Made by a program: the position numbers and the translations under genes | Origin: a candidate division WOR-1 bacterium RIFCSPHIGHO2_01_FULL_53_15 | Lineage (GTDB): Bacteria; Margulisbacteria; WOR-1; O2-12-FULL-45-9; XYB2-FULL-48-7 | NCBI GenBank assembly: GCA_001772335.1 | Contig: METM01000029.1 | Location: forward strand, 8,401-72,400 | Direction of reading: 5' to 3' | DNA length: 64,000 nucleotides | In this document: positions 15,941 through 27,155 of the stretch, in pieces | Layout of the letters: each line of letters starts with the position of its first letter | How positions within the stretch are numbered: position 1 is the first letter of the stretch | The notes under the pieces: model-generated | What the model was told of the DNA's origin: nothing | Database searches by the model: none | What the model saw: only the letters and a program-made list of their open reading frames with translations

Positions 15941-17029
15941 TTATGGTTTCCTCGAGATATTAAGGATGACGCCGACGGCAAAAAGATTGATGATCGTCGC
16001 CGTGCCGCCGTAGCTGATGAAAGGCAGCGGTATCCCTGTGGTGGGGACGAGGCCGATCACCACCATGATATTCAGGAGCGCTTGGCTGGCGACCCAGGCG
16101 ACCAGACCGGCCGCTAACAGTTTCTTGAACGGATCGGCAGCCGAGAGGGCAATCAACAGGCCCCTGGCCGCGAAGAGGCAGAAGAGCCCCGCGACGGCGG
16201 CGCCGCCGATAAAACCGAGCTCTTCGCAGAGTATGGCAAAGATAAAATCGGTGAACTGCTGGGGGAGATAAAAATATTTCTGGCGCGAAGCGCCCAGCCC
16301 CAGTCCCAGCAAGCCCCCCGAGCCGACCGCCAATAGTGATTGGATGATCTGGAAACCCGCCCCCTGCGGGTCCTGCCACGGATCGAGGTAAGACAGGAGG
16401 CGGCGCAGGCGGTAAGGGCTGGCGATCGAGAGCGCCAGCACCCCAAGCAAACCGAGGCCGCCGAAGGCGCCCAGATGCCGCAGGTCCGCCCCGGCCGCGA
16501 AGAGCATGACAAAGCCGGTCACGGCGATGGTCAGCGCCGTGCCGAGATCCGGCTGTTTAACGATGAGCGCGAAGACAAACCCGACCAGAATGATCGGCGG
16601 CAAAAATCCCTGGAAAAGATCGCCGATCTTTTCCTTGCGCCCGGACAGGAAGCCGGCCAGGACCAGCACCGTGGCGAACTTCATCAGTTCCGACGGCTGG
16701 AAAACAAGAACGCCGAGATCGATCCAGCGCGAAGCCCCCAGGACTTTGCGGCCGATCCCAGGGATATAAACCAGAAGCAGCAGCAGGACCGCGACAATGA
16801 AGATTGTGTTCGCCCGCTTTTTTAAGAGCTCAAGATCAAGGCGAAAGCCAAATAAAAGCGCGAGAAAGCCGAGGAGCAGGTAAAAGATATGCCGTTTGAT
16901 GAAATAAAAACTGTCGCCTAATTTGATGCCTAACGTCGGGCTAGCGGAAAAGATCATGACCAGCCCGACCGCCGAGAGGGCCAGCACGGCGAACAAAAAG
17001 ATATAATCCAGACTTTTGGCTCTCGGCAT
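15941..17029 (-). CDS. ftsW: SEDS-family peptidoglycan polymerase FtsW
   Basis: 362-aa polytopic ORF. QPSELMK, the PEQHTDFIF-like motif PQQFTDFIFA, and SYGGT. Located in the dcw cluster. Confidence 0.85.
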   Translation of the reverse strand: MPRAKSLDYIFLFAVLALSAVGLVMIFSASPTLGIKLGDSFYFIKRHIFYLLLGFLALLFGFRLDLELLKKRANTIFIVAVLLLLLVYIPGIGRKVLGASRWIDLGVLVFQPSELMKFATVLVLAGFLSGRKEKIGDLFQGFLPPIILVGFVFALIVKQPDLGTALTIAVTGFVMLFAAGADLRHLGAFGGLGLLGVLALSIASPYRLRRLLSYLDPWQDPQGAGFQIIQSLLAVGSGGLLGLGLGASRQKYFYLPQQFTDFIFAILCEELGFIGGAAVAGLFCLFAARGLLIALSAADPFKKLLAAGLVAWVASQALLNIMVVIGLVPTTGIPLPFISYGGTATIINLFAVGVILNISRKP

Positions 17030-18318
17030 TATAGCTTGATCCTCTTCACGATCTCCTTGAAAGTCCGGCCCCTCGCCTCGTAATCATGGAACATGTCAAA
17101 ACTGGCGCAGGCCGGAGAAAGGAGCACCACGTCGCGCGGCTCGGCCAGCACGAACGCCTGCCTGACCGCCGCGTCCAGCGAAAAACCGGCCTGGTAGATC
17201 TCGTTGAAGCCGGCCGATTTCAAGGCCGACTCAAAACGAGCGGCGGCCTCGCCGATCAGGACAACCGCCTTAACATTTTCTTTTACCTTTTGAGCAAGCG
17301 CCTCGAGCCCTACTCCCTTATCCCTGCCCCCTAAGATCAGGACGATTCCTCTCCCCTTAAATGTTTCGATCGCGACCATGGTCGAATCGGGATTGGTCCC
17401 CTTCGAATCGTTGTAGGCCTCGATGCCGGAGATCGAGGTGACATATTCGATGCGGTGCTCCACGCCGGGGAAGGTCCGCAGGACCTCGGCGACGACATCT
17501 TTTTTGACGCCGCAAAGATACGCTGTTTGAGCGGCGGCCAATGCGTTCTCCAAATTATGCCGGCCCGGGATCTTGATCATCTCGGGCGGCAGGGTGATGA
17601 TTTCCGGATGTGCCTTTGAAAAAGGGACGAGTTTGGACCTGGCCGCTTTCACCATTTCAACCACGGCCGGATCGTCCTGATTATAGACCAGGTAATCGTC
17701 ACCCGTCTGGTTCATGAAGAGCCTGGCTTTCTGCTTGATGTAGCCCTCTAGCGTGTGATGGCGCTCGAGATGGTCGGGTTGGATGTTGAGGGCCACGCTG
17801 AGCCATGGCTTAAAATCGGCGATCGACTCCAGCTGATAACTGCTGATCTCGGCGACGACAAAATCGAGAGAGGAATCGTCGACATCGACCAGCGGCAGGC
17901 CGATATTGCCGGCCACGGCGATCCTTTTGCCCCCCGCCCTGAGCATCTCGCCGATCAGCGTCGTTGTCGTCGTCTTGCCGTTCGTGCCGGTTACGGCAAT
18001 GATCGGCTTTGTGATGAACCTTGACGCGAGCTCGATCTCGGAGATGATCGGGATGTTTTTCCCCCGGGCTTCCACAAGCGCCGGATGATCGAGATGAATG
18101 CCGGGACTGACCACGATCAGATCATCACCCTGGATGAACCCCGCGGAGTGGCCGCCGAGTTCGACCTCAATCCCCAGCCCTTCAATGGTGCCGATATCGA
18201 GCGTTGGGTTGGCATCGGTCGCCTTGACCGCCGCCCCCAGAGCGACAAGCTTCCTGGCGGAAGCGACCCCGCTCTTCCCCAGGCCAAAAATAGTTACTTT
18301 TTTATTTTTCAGATCCAT
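17029..18318 (-). CDS. murD: UDP-N-acetylmuramoylalanine--D-glutamate ligase
   Basis: KKVTIFGLGKSGV and VTGTNGKTTTTTL motifs. Start placed at MDLKNKK (18318), overlapping the mraY stop (18309-18311) by 10 nt. Confidence 0.9.
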   Translation of the reverse strand: MDLKNKKVTIFGLGKSGVASARKLVALGAAVKATDANPTLDIGTIEGLGIEVELGGHSAGFIQGDDLIVVSPGIHLDHPALVEARGKNIPIISEIELASRFITKPIIAVTGTNGKTTTTTLIGEMLRAGGKRIAVAGNIGLPLVDVDDSSLDFVVAEISSYQLESIADFKPWLSVALNIQPDHLERHHTLEGYIKQKARLFMNQTGDDYLVYNQDDPAVVEMVKAARSKLVPFSKAHPEIITLPPEMIKIPGRHNLENALAAAQTAYLCGVKKDVVAEVLRTFPGVEHRIEYVTSISGIEAYNDSKGTNPDSTMVAIETFKGRGIVLILGGRDKGVGLEALAQKVKENVKAVVLIGEAAARFESALKSAGFNEIYQAGFSLDAAVRQAFVLAEPRDVVLLSPACASFDMFHDYEARGRTFKEIVKRIKL

Positions 18319-19259
18319 ATGGCTAATCCGCCAAAGATCAATCCAACGATCCAAAACCCGACCACCACCCACGTTTCCCTGATCCCCATCAATTCAAATG
18401 TGTGATGCAGCGGGGTCATCTTGAATATCCGGCGCTTGAAGAATTTGTACGATGTCACCTGCAAGATGACCGAAAGCGCTTCGATCACGAAAACGCCGCC
18501 GACCACGACCAGCCGCAGTTCCTGGTGAATTATAAAAGCCAACCCGGCCAGCCCAGCCCCGATCGCCAGCGAACCGACATCGCCCATAAAGACCTGGGCG
18601 CGGGGAAAATTAAAGTAAAGGAAAGCGAGTATCGCCCCCGCTGCAGCCAGGGCAAAGAGCGCGCCGTTCGGCATTAACGCGCCACTGGCCAAGACGGCTA
18701 ACGCGATGAACGCGATGCTCCCCGTTCCGGCCAATAAACCGTTCAGGCCGTCGGTCAGGTTCGTCGCGTTGCCGAAACCGACAACAAAGACGACGACAAG
18801 GAGTTGATAGAGGAAAGGGTTCGTGAAACCGAGCTTAGCGAGGATACCGTACAGAGAAAGATTATAGCCCAGGAAAGTCAAATAAACGGCAAAAGCTCCG
18901 GCCGCCAGGACCTGCAAGACGATCTTCTCCCAAAAGGTGAGGCCCAGGTTCTGCCGGCGGGCGATCTTCAAGAGGTCATCAGCCAGGCCGATCCCGGCAT
19001 AAGCCGCGATGAGAAGGATCAGGGCCAGATAAGCCGGGTGGAGTTCGACGTCAATAAGGATCAGTGAAAAGGCAATGATCGTGATCAGAAAACCGAGGCC
19101 GCCCATGGTCGACGTGCCGGCCTTTTCCCCGTGCGCGGCCGGGGCCGCCGCCAAAACCGTCTGGCCCAGCTTAAAGAACTTTAAAAGCCAGACGACCGGG
19201 AAAGTCAGGGCCAACGAAATTATCGCCGCGGAAAAGAATGTGAAAATTTGGCTGATCAC
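18309..19259 (-). CDS. mraY: phospho-N-acetylmuramoyl-pentapeptide transferase
   Basis: 316 aa. DDLLKI, NATNLTDGLNGL, MGDVGSLAIGA and PLHHTFE motifs. GTG start with no obvious SD. Confidence 0.9.
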   Translation of the reverse strand: MISQIFTFFSAAIISLALTFPVVWLLKFFKLGQTVLAAAPAAHGEKAGTSTMGGLGFLITIIAFSLILIDVELHPAYLALILLIAAYAGIGLADDLLKIARRQNLGLTFWEKIVLQVLAAGAFAVYLTFLGYNLSLYGILAKLGFTNPFLYQLLVVVFVVGFGNATNLTDGLNGLLAGTGSIAFIALAVLASGALMPNGALFALAAAGAILAFLYFNFPRAQVFMGDVGSLAIGAGLAGLAFIIHQELRLVVVGGVFVIEALSVILQVTSYKFFKRRIFKMTPLHHTFELMGIRETWVVVGFWIVGLIFGGLAIWI

Positions 19260-19280
19260 TTATTAATTTTACTATAATTC

Positions 19281-19417
19281 AGCCCATAAAAAAAGCCCTC
19301 TGGCCAGCTTGTCGGATATCTGAGACCCCATACTAAAGTATGGGGAATGACCGGATGATATATACCCCACACTTCAGTGTGGGGTTTCAATTCATGAACC
19401 CATAAAAAAAGCCCTCG
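19281..19417. repeat. 18-nt direct repeat (CCCATAAAAAAAGCCCTC) flanking two covarying tetraloop hairpins
   Basis: Direct repeat at 19283-19300 and 19400-19417. Hairpins CCCCATAC-taaa-GTATGGGG (19326-19345) and CCCCACAC-ttca-GTGTGGGG (19365-19384). Confidence 0.7.
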
Positions 19418-19432
19418 AAGGGACTCGAGGGC
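19404..19432 (-). terminator. Rho-independent terminator of the upstream minus-strand unit
   Basis: The minus strand reads GCCCTCGAGtcccTTCGAGGGC followed by TTTTTTT. It lies 24 nt downstream of the stop at 19456. Confidence 0.75.
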
Positions 19433-19455
19433 TTAAGAGACAAAACGTTTTGTGC

Positions 19456-19887
19456 TTATAAAGTATAAGCAGCTGCTAAAGCAATGCCCGGCAATAATCC
19501 GGTTGTGTTGGCACCGGCGAGCGTCGATTGGTTGACTAATATTATGTCAGCGCCAAGCGACAAATTCGACTCAACCATGGCCGTTACGCCCCAGGTGATG
19601 CCCAGGATCGTGGTGGCGGCCGCCGCTCCGTTGGTTGTGTAGTACAGACCAATGTTGGGTTGCACGTTGCCTGCCTTGGCCAGATTGTAATCAACCTTGA
19701 CCAGAATGCCCGTGCCTGTAGCCGCACCGCTAAAATTGTTCAAACCCAGCGATCCGGTCACATCGGGGGAGAATTGATATTTCAAGGAAGCGAACCCTAA
19801 TGTGGTGCCAACCGCCAAGTTGCCGGCCGCGAATGCTCCCGATGAAACGAGAACAACAGCAATCAGCATTAATGCGATTTTCTTCAT
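19456..19887 (-). CDS. small secreted / outer-membrane beta-rich protein with signal peptide
   Basis: Start moved to MKKIALMLIAVVLVSSGAFAAGN (strong GGAGGTG SD). Mature part is Gly/Ala/Thr/Asn-rich with alternating hydrophobic residues and an aromatic-containing C-terminus (AAAYTL). No family recognised. Confidence 0.5.
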   Translation of the reverse strand: MKKIALMLIAVVLVSSGAFAAGNLAVGTTLGFASLKYQFSPDVTGSLGLNNFSGAATGTGILVKVDYNLAKAGNVQPNIGLYYTTNGAAAATTILGITWGVTAMVESNLSLGADIILVNQSTLAGANTTGLLPGIALAAAYTL

Positions 19888-19957
19888 TATATATTCACCT
19901 CCTTTTTCTTGAACTGGGAGAATTATACAAGAACAGATGTGAAAATCAAGTGGTTTT

Positions 19958-20611
19958 CTATTTTCCCTTAAAAATGCCGTATAAGAAATCGGCCGCCATG
20001 TCCTTGCAGCCGAGACCAAAGGCGATCGCGGCGGCCAGCGCCGGGGCGCCGAGTATGATATCAAGTTTGCCCACGATCGAGCTGGGCCGGAGGCCTAACT
20101 GGGCGAGCGCGGCCAGGAAAGCAAAGATAACGACCAGATAATATATGAAACGGGAGAGCGACTTCCCCCCCTCGACGCCGAAATTCAGCAGAACGACCTT
20201 AACAACATTGGAGAGGAAGGAGGCGAAGAAAAGGCCCAGGCCAAGGATCAGGGTAACCAGCAGGGCCAGCCCGAGATAGGTGAACAGTTTCACGACGGAA
20301 ACATCGACCGGCAGGCCGGCCTGACGCGCGGCGCTGATGGCGGCTATAAATAAAATTACCCAGTACAGGAGGTCGCCCACAAGCTCCGACGCGGTTTTTT
20401 TGACCTCGCCCTTCCCTAACAGGCCGGCAAAGCCGATCCACTTCGCCCCTTTGTCGAATTGGGCCAACTTCAGGACCCACGCGACGGCAATGCCGACTAA
20501 CCTCGCCAAAATATAACCGACCAATAGGATGACTAAAGCGGAGATCAAGCTGACAAGCGGTTGGGAAATTTGGCTCCAGGTCAAAGCAACAGGCGTTAAC
20601 AAGTTTTCCAT
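19958..20611 (-). CDS. membrane protein with conserved TM-helix repeats (MscS-N-terminal-like 'TM_helix' family)
   Basis: 217 aa with repeated units of a TM helix plus a short amphipathic segment (LVGYILARLVGIAVAWVLK..., LVGDLLYWVILFIAAISA...). Family assignment is from memory only. Confidence 0.45.
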   Translation of the reverse strand: MENLLTPVALTWSQISQPLVSLISALVILLVGYILARLVGIAVAWVLKLAQFDKGAKWIGFAGLLGKGEVKKTASELVGDLLYWVILFIAAISAARQAGLPVDVSVVKLFTYLGLALLVTLILGLGLFFASFLSNVVKVVLLNFGVEGGKSLSRFIYYLVVIFAFLAALAQLGLRPSSIVGKLDIILGAPALAAAIAFGLGCKDMAADFLYGIFKGK

Positions 20612-20634
20612 ATCGCGCTCACTCCCTTTTTATA

Positions 20635-20856
20635 TCAGGCCTTAAGTACGGCAAGTATAACAGATATTACCATAAAAGTGATCGCCAGTCCCCAGGTAAT
20701 TCGATCCAAACCTTCTTCAAGTCCCTTGGGCGTGCCAAAAAGCTTGGCCGAGCCGCCGATCCCTCCTAATCCTTCCCCCTTTGCCGTATGCAGCAGGACC
20801 GCAATGATCAGAAACAGCGCCGACAAAAACTGGATGATTAACAGTAATCCTCTCAT
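20635..20856 (-). CDS. secG: preprotein translocase subunit SecG
   Basis: MRGLLLIIQFLSALFLIIAVLLHTAKGEGLGGIGGS is a typical SecG. ATG at 20856 with AGGAG SD is preferred over the TTG at 20862. Confidence 0.85.
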   Translation of the reverse strand: MRGLLLIIQFLSALFLIIAVLLHTAKGEGLGGIGGSAKLFGTPKGLEEGLDRITWGLAITFMVISVILAVLKA

Positions 20857-20873
20857 ATTCAACTCCTAAGTTC

Positions 20874-20908
20874 AACGTTCTACTTTCTACTGTCTACTTT
20901 CTAATATA
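20874..20908. repeat. intergenic tandem heptamers (TACTTTC type)
   Basis: AACGTTC TACTTTC TACTGTC TACTTTC TAATATA, between tRNA-Ala and secG. Confidence 0.75.
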
Positions 20909-20912
20909 AGAT

Positions 20913-20985
20913 TGGAGCCGAGCGGGATCGAACCGCTGACCTCCTCGTTGCGAACGAGGCGTTCTCCCAGCTGAACTACGGCCCC
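20913..20985 (-). tRNA. tRNA-Ala (anticodon CGC)
   Basis: Minus strand reads GGGGCCGTAGTTCAGCTGGGAGAACGCCTCGTTCGCAACGAGGAGGTCAGCGGTTCGATCCCGCTCGGCTCCA. 73-nt cloverleaf with G3:U70 alanine identity pair, anticodon loop TTCGCAA and GGTTCGATCC T-arm. CCA is not encoded. Confidence 0.95.
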
Positions 20986-20990
20986 TAATG

Positions 20991-22187
20991 TCATTTATCC
21001 TGTAAACAGGCGATACCGGGCAGGACCTTGCCCTCGACAAATTCCAGCGAGGCGCCGCCGCCGGTTGAAATGTGCGTCATTTTGCCGGCCAGGCCGGCTT
21101 TCTCAACGGCCGCCACCGAATCGCCGCCGCCGATGACCGAGACCGCGCCGCCCTCTGTCGCCTCAGCGACCAGTTTGGCGATCGCGATCGTACCCTTGGA
21201 AAACTTATCGAACTCAAAGACCCCCATCGGCCCGTTCCAGAAGATCGTCTTGGCTTTCTTGATGGCGTGGCCGAACTTTGTGATCGTCTCCGGCCCGATG
21301 TCCATCCCCTGCCAGCCGTCGGGTATCCCCGCCCGGGTGACGATCTGTGAATTGGCATTGGCATCGAACTTATCGGCCACAACATGGTCGATCGGCAGCA
21401 TGATCGTTTTGTCGAGGTCGATCGCCTGCTTGAGCGTTTCTTTGGCCAGCGGGATTCTGTCTTCCTCGACCAGCGAGTTGCCGACGCTGACCTTGCGCGC
21501 CCGGAAAAAAGTGTAAGACATGCCGCCGCCGATAATCAGCGTGTCAACGCGCGGCAGGAGATTTTTGATGACGTCGATCTTACCGGAAACCTTGGCGCCG
21601 CCGAGGATAGCAACAAAGGGCCGGGCCGGGTTCTCCAGCAGCTGCCCCAGGAATTTGATCTCCTTTTCCATGAGGAAACCGGCATAGCCCTTGAGATATC
21701 TGGTCACCCCTTCGGTCGAGGCGTGAGCCCGGTGAGCCGTACCGAAAGCGTCGTTAACATAAACGTCGGCTAAAGAGGCGAGTTTTTTGGCGAAAGCGGG
21801 ATCGTTCTTTTCCTCTTCTTTGTAAAAGCGAACGTTTTCGAGGAGCAGAACTTCCCCGGCCTTTAATTTTGCGACCGTGGCCTCAATCTCCGGCCCGATG
21901 CTGTCTTTAACGTACGCGACTGGTTTCCCTAAAAGTTCCGACAGGCGGCCGGCAACTGGCAACAAACGCAGTTTATCATCCGGTCCTGACTTTGGCCGGC
22001 CCAGGTGGGAAACAAGGATGACCTTTGAGCCCTTATCGAGGAGGTATTTTATGGTCGGCAAAGCCGCGCGAATGCGGGTATCGTCAGTAATTTGCTGTTT
22101 GTCGTCGAGCGGCACATTGAAGTCAACGCGGACCAGAACTTTCCTGCCGCTTAGATCCTTGATATCCTCGATCGTCTGTTTAGCCAT
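20991..22187 (-). CDS. pgk: phosphoglycerate kinase
   Basis: 398 aa. [24 protein letters not shown] and STGGGASLE motifs. Confidence 0.95.
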   Translation of the reverse strand: MAKQTIEDIKDLSGRKVLVRVDFNVPLDDKQQITDDTRIRAALPTIKYLLDKGSKVILVSHLGRPKSGPDDKLRLLPVAGRLSELLGKPVAYVKDSIGPEIEATVAKLKAGEVLLLENVRFYKEEEKNDPAFAKKLASLADVYVNDAFGTAHRAHASTEGVTRYLKGYAGFLMEKEIKFLGQLLENPARPFVAILGGAKVSGKIDVIKNLLPRVDTLIIGGGMSYTFFRARKVSVGNSLVEEDRIPLAKETLKQAIDLDKTIMLPIDHVVADKFDANANSQIVTRAGIPDGWQGMDIGPETITKFGHAIKKAKTIFWNGPMGVFEFDKFSKGTIAIAKLVAEATEGGAVSVIGGGDSVAAVEKAGLAGKMTHISTGGGASLEFVEGKVLPGIACLQDK

Positions 22188-22194
22188 CCAAACT

Positions 22195-24380
<2,186 letters not shown>

Positions 24381-24503
24381 CCTCACCCGCCGGCACAAAC
24401 CGCCCCCCCTCTCTCCATTGGGAATGGAGAGGGGAAAAACAATTGTATTTCCCTTCTCCATCGCAGATGGAGAAGGGGGCAGGTTAAAAGCCGGCGGATG
24501 AGG
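24381..24503. repeat. nested palindromic element, long form (copy B)
   Basis: Outer arms CCTCACCCGCCGGC / GCCGGCGGATGAGG enclose two hairpins: CCCCTCTCTCCATT-ggg-AATGGAGAGGGG and CCCTTCTCCAT-cgcag-ATGGAGAAGGG. It fills the gap between convergent genes. Confidence 0.8.
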
Positions 24504-24504
24504 A

Positions 24505-25743
24505 TTAAAAGATTATCTTGTGGCGCCGCATCGAGATGCTCTGCAGGATGCCGACGCTCGCGAGGCCGACAAAGAGCGACGTGCCGCCGAAACTCATGAA
24601 AGGCAGAGGTATCCCCACGACCGGCAGGATGCCGATCACCATCCCCATATTGGCAAAGACGTGAAAACCCAGCATGACGGCGATACCCGAGGCCAGGAGT
24701 TTGCCGATCGTGTCCCTTGACTCTGAAGCGATGACCAGCGCCCGCCAGATCAGGAGGGCAAAGAGCGCCAGGACGGCCGCGGCGCCGAGAAAACCGAATT
24801 CTTCGGCCATGACCGAAAAAATAAAATCGGAGTGCTGTTCGGGGATGAACTGAAGCTGGGTCTGTGTCCCGTGCATAAAACCCTTCCCAAAAAAACCGCC
24901 GCCGCCCACGGCGATTATGCTCTGCAAGCTGTGATAACCGGCGCCGTACGGATCGGCCGCCGGATTAAGGAACGCCAGGATGCGCTGTCGCTGATACGCC
25001 TTCAGCATCCCCCACAGGTACGGCAGGGCGATACCCACGCCGACATTGATCCCCAGAATAAGGAGCCAATCGCGCGCTCTCGCCCGAGTGAGAAAGAGTA
25101 CCAGCGCTACGGCCAGCAAATAGACCAGCCAGAGATGGACGACCGGCCGCAGGAGGATCGAGATGATCGGCGTCACCAGAAAGATGAGAAGCCGCGGCGA
25201 GGCCTCGGCAGCCGTCAGCAGGCCGAGGAGGATCGCGAAAAAGACGAGCGCGGTGCCAAGGTCCGGCTGTTTAAAGATCAAAAGGAATGGGATGCCGACC
25301 AGCGCTAAGAGATAACCGGCCTGCCAGAAGCTCTGGATCTTTTTCCGTTCGCTGAAAAAAGCGGCCAGGGCGACGATCAGCGTCAGCTTGGAGAGCTCGG
25401 ACGGCTGGAAAGAAACAGGGCCGAGCTGCAGCCAGCGCTGGGCGCCGGCGGCGCTTGAACCGGTAAAGAGGATCGCGACCAAAAGAACGATCGTGAAGCC
25501 GTAGAGAAAGAGCGCGGCTTTCTTTAAATGTTTATAATCAAAATAGGTGAAGAGGCAGAGCCCGGTCAGGGCGAGAAGAAGAGACATGAACTGCCGTTTG
25601 ACGAAGATAAGCGGATCAAGATCGGCCTTGATCTGCAGCTGGTAGGTCGCGCTGAAGATCGCGGTAAAACCGATAACGATCAGGGCGCCGGCCGAGAACC
25701 ACAGCCACGGGTCGGAGAGCTTGAGCATCCGGAAATTGATCAT
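24505..25743 (-). CDS. rodA: SEDS-family peptidoglycan polymerase RodA
   Basis: 412-aa polytopic ORF. QPSELSK, PEQHSDFIFS and SFGGTS motifs. It is the second SEDS paralog and lies outside the dcw cluster. Confidence 0.8.
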   Translation of the reverse strand: MINFRMLKLSDPWLWFSAGALIVIGFTAIFSATYQLQIKADLDPLIFVKRQFMSLLLALTGLCLFTYFDYKHLKKAALFLYGFTIVLLVAILFTGSSAAGAQRWLQLGPVSFQPSELSKLTLIVALAAFFSERKKIQSFWQAGYLLALVGIPFLLIFKQPDLGTALVFFAILLGLLTAAEASPRLLIFLVTPIISILLRPVVHLWLVYLLAVALVLFLTRARARDWLLILGINVGVGIALPYLWGMLKAYQRQRILAFLNPAADPYGAGYHSLQSIIAVGGGGFFGKGFMHGTQTQLQFIPEQHSDFIFSVMAEEFGFLGAAAVLALFALLIWRALVIASESRDTIGKLLASGIAVMLGFHVFANMGMVIGILPVVGIPLPFMSFGGTSLFVGLASVGILQSISMRRHKIIF

Positions 25744-27155
25744 TTAGCTAATTCGACCGCGGCGATGAGCGCCCGCGCTTTGTTGACCGATTCCTGATAC
25801 TCCTTCTCCGGGCTGGAATCGGCCACCACGCCGCCCCCCGCCTGGACAAAAGCCCGGTTCCCCTTGACGAGAATGGTTCTGATGGCGATGCCCGAATCAA
25901 GATCGCCGGAAAAACCAAAATAGCCGACACTGCCGGCGTAGAGGCCGCGCTTGACGTTCTCTAACTCATCGATGATCTCCATGGCTCTGACTTTCGGCGC
26001 GCCGGAAACCGTGCCGGCCGGAAAAGTCGCCTTGAGGAGCTCGACCGCGTCCAGGCCGCGGCGCAGCTTACCCGTCACGTTGCTGACGATGTGCATGACG
26101 TGGGAATATTTTTCGATCACCATCTCTTCGGTCACTTTGACACTGCCGTAGTCGCAGACGCGGCCGAGGTCGTTGCGGCCGAGGTCGACGAGCATCACAT
26201 GCTCCGCCCGCTCCTTCTTGGAAGCGAGAAGATTTGCCATCAGCCGGCGGTCCTCTTCCTCATCCTTACCCCTTTTCCTTGTCCCCGCGATCGGCCGCAG
26301 TGTCGCCCGCCCCTTTTCCAGGCGGACCATCACTTCGGGCGAGGAGCCGATGATCTTGACATCGCCTAACCGCAGGAAATACATGTAAGGCGAAGGGTTG
26401 ATGATGCGCAAGATCCGGTAGACGCCGAGCGGATCGGCCTTGAGCTTCATTTCGAACCTTTGCGACGGGACGACCTGGATGATGTCGCCGGCATTGATGT
26501 AGGCCTTGGCTTTTCTCACCATCGCTTCGAATTCAGCTTTTGTCAGGTTTGACCTGGCGTGGAAAGCGCCTCTGGCGGGCGCTGGGACCTCAAGTTCTTC
26601 TCTCTTCAAGTTGATGTTCTTGTCGAGTTTCTTTTCCAGCGCCGCGATCCTGGCGCTGGCCTGTTCGTACGCCCTTTTCGGACTGCCGGAGACATGCGCG
26701 TTGGCAATGATGAGGATCTTGTGTTTGATGTGATCGAAGGCAAGGACCGTGTCGGCCAGCATAAATTGCATCATGGGGAGCTTGAGATCGTCGGGATTCG
26801 TATCGGGTATTTTTTCGATCAGCCGGACGGCGTCGTAGCCGACGTAGCCGACCAGGCCGCCGGAAAATCTCGGCAGACCGGCCACTTCGACCGGCCGGTA
26901 TTTTTTCAGGATATTTCTGATCTCTTCAAAGGTTTTGGGCCTTGCCACCTGACCCTTGCCGCATGACCCTAAAAATGAATAGCGCGCGATCTTTTCGCCC
27001 CCCTCGACCGACTCGAGGAGGAACGAATATTCCGACTCGATTTTCTTGAAAGCCGAGACCGGCGTCTCCATATCGGCCACGATCTCTTTGTAGACCGGGA
27101 TCAGATTCCCTTTTTTCGATAGTTTAGTGAATTCTTTTTCACTTGGATAAAACAT
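25740..27155 (-). CDS. trpE: anthranilate synthase component I family (TrpE/PabB-type chorismate-utilising enzyme)
   Basis: LIPVYKEIVADMETPVSAF, FLLESVEGGEKIARYSF, GAPKVRAMEII and GGGVVADS motifs. Start placed at MFYPSE. No trpG/D/C/B/A nearby. Confidence 0.8.
   Translation of the reverse strand: MFYPSEKEFTKLSKKGNLIPVYKEIVADMETPVSAFKKIESEYSFLLESVEGGEKIARYSFLGSCGKGQVARPKTFEEIRNILKKYRPVEVAGLPRFSGGLVGYVGYDAVRLIEKIPDTNPDDLKLPMMQFMLADTVLAFDHIKHKILIIANAHVSGSPKRAYEQASARIAALEKKLDKNINLKREELEVPAPARGAFHARSNLTKAEFEAMVRKAKAYINAGDIIQVVPSQRFEMKLKADPLGVYRILRIINPSPYMYFLRLGDVKIIGSSPEVMVRLEKGRATLRPIAGTRKRGKDEEEDRRLMANLLASKKERAEHVMLVDLGRNDLGRVCDYGSVKVTEEMVIEKYSHVMHIVSNVTGKLRRGLDAVELLKATFPAGTVSGAPKVRAMEIIDELENVKRGLYAGSVGYFGFSGDLDSGIAIRTILVKGNRAFVQAGGGVVADSSPEKEYQESVNKARALIAAVELAK
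26942..26969. repeat. heptamer cassette, TTGACCC family (copy in trpE)
   Basis: TTGCCAC CTGACCC TTGCCGC ATGACCC. It encodes GSCGKGQVA. Confidence 0.75.

Noticed and set aside
20913-20985. A second tRNA, or tmRNA/RNase P/SRP RNA, in the secG-pgk region or elsewhere.
   Set aside because: Only one cloverleaf could be folded by eye. The other intergenic gaps are short or occupied by the repeats described.
24381-24503. Whether the palindromic elements or the heptamer arrays could be a CRISPR array.
   Set aside because: There is no regular repeat-spacer periodicity. The units are 7 nt, or single copies of about 70-125 nt dispersed over the window. No cas genes are present.
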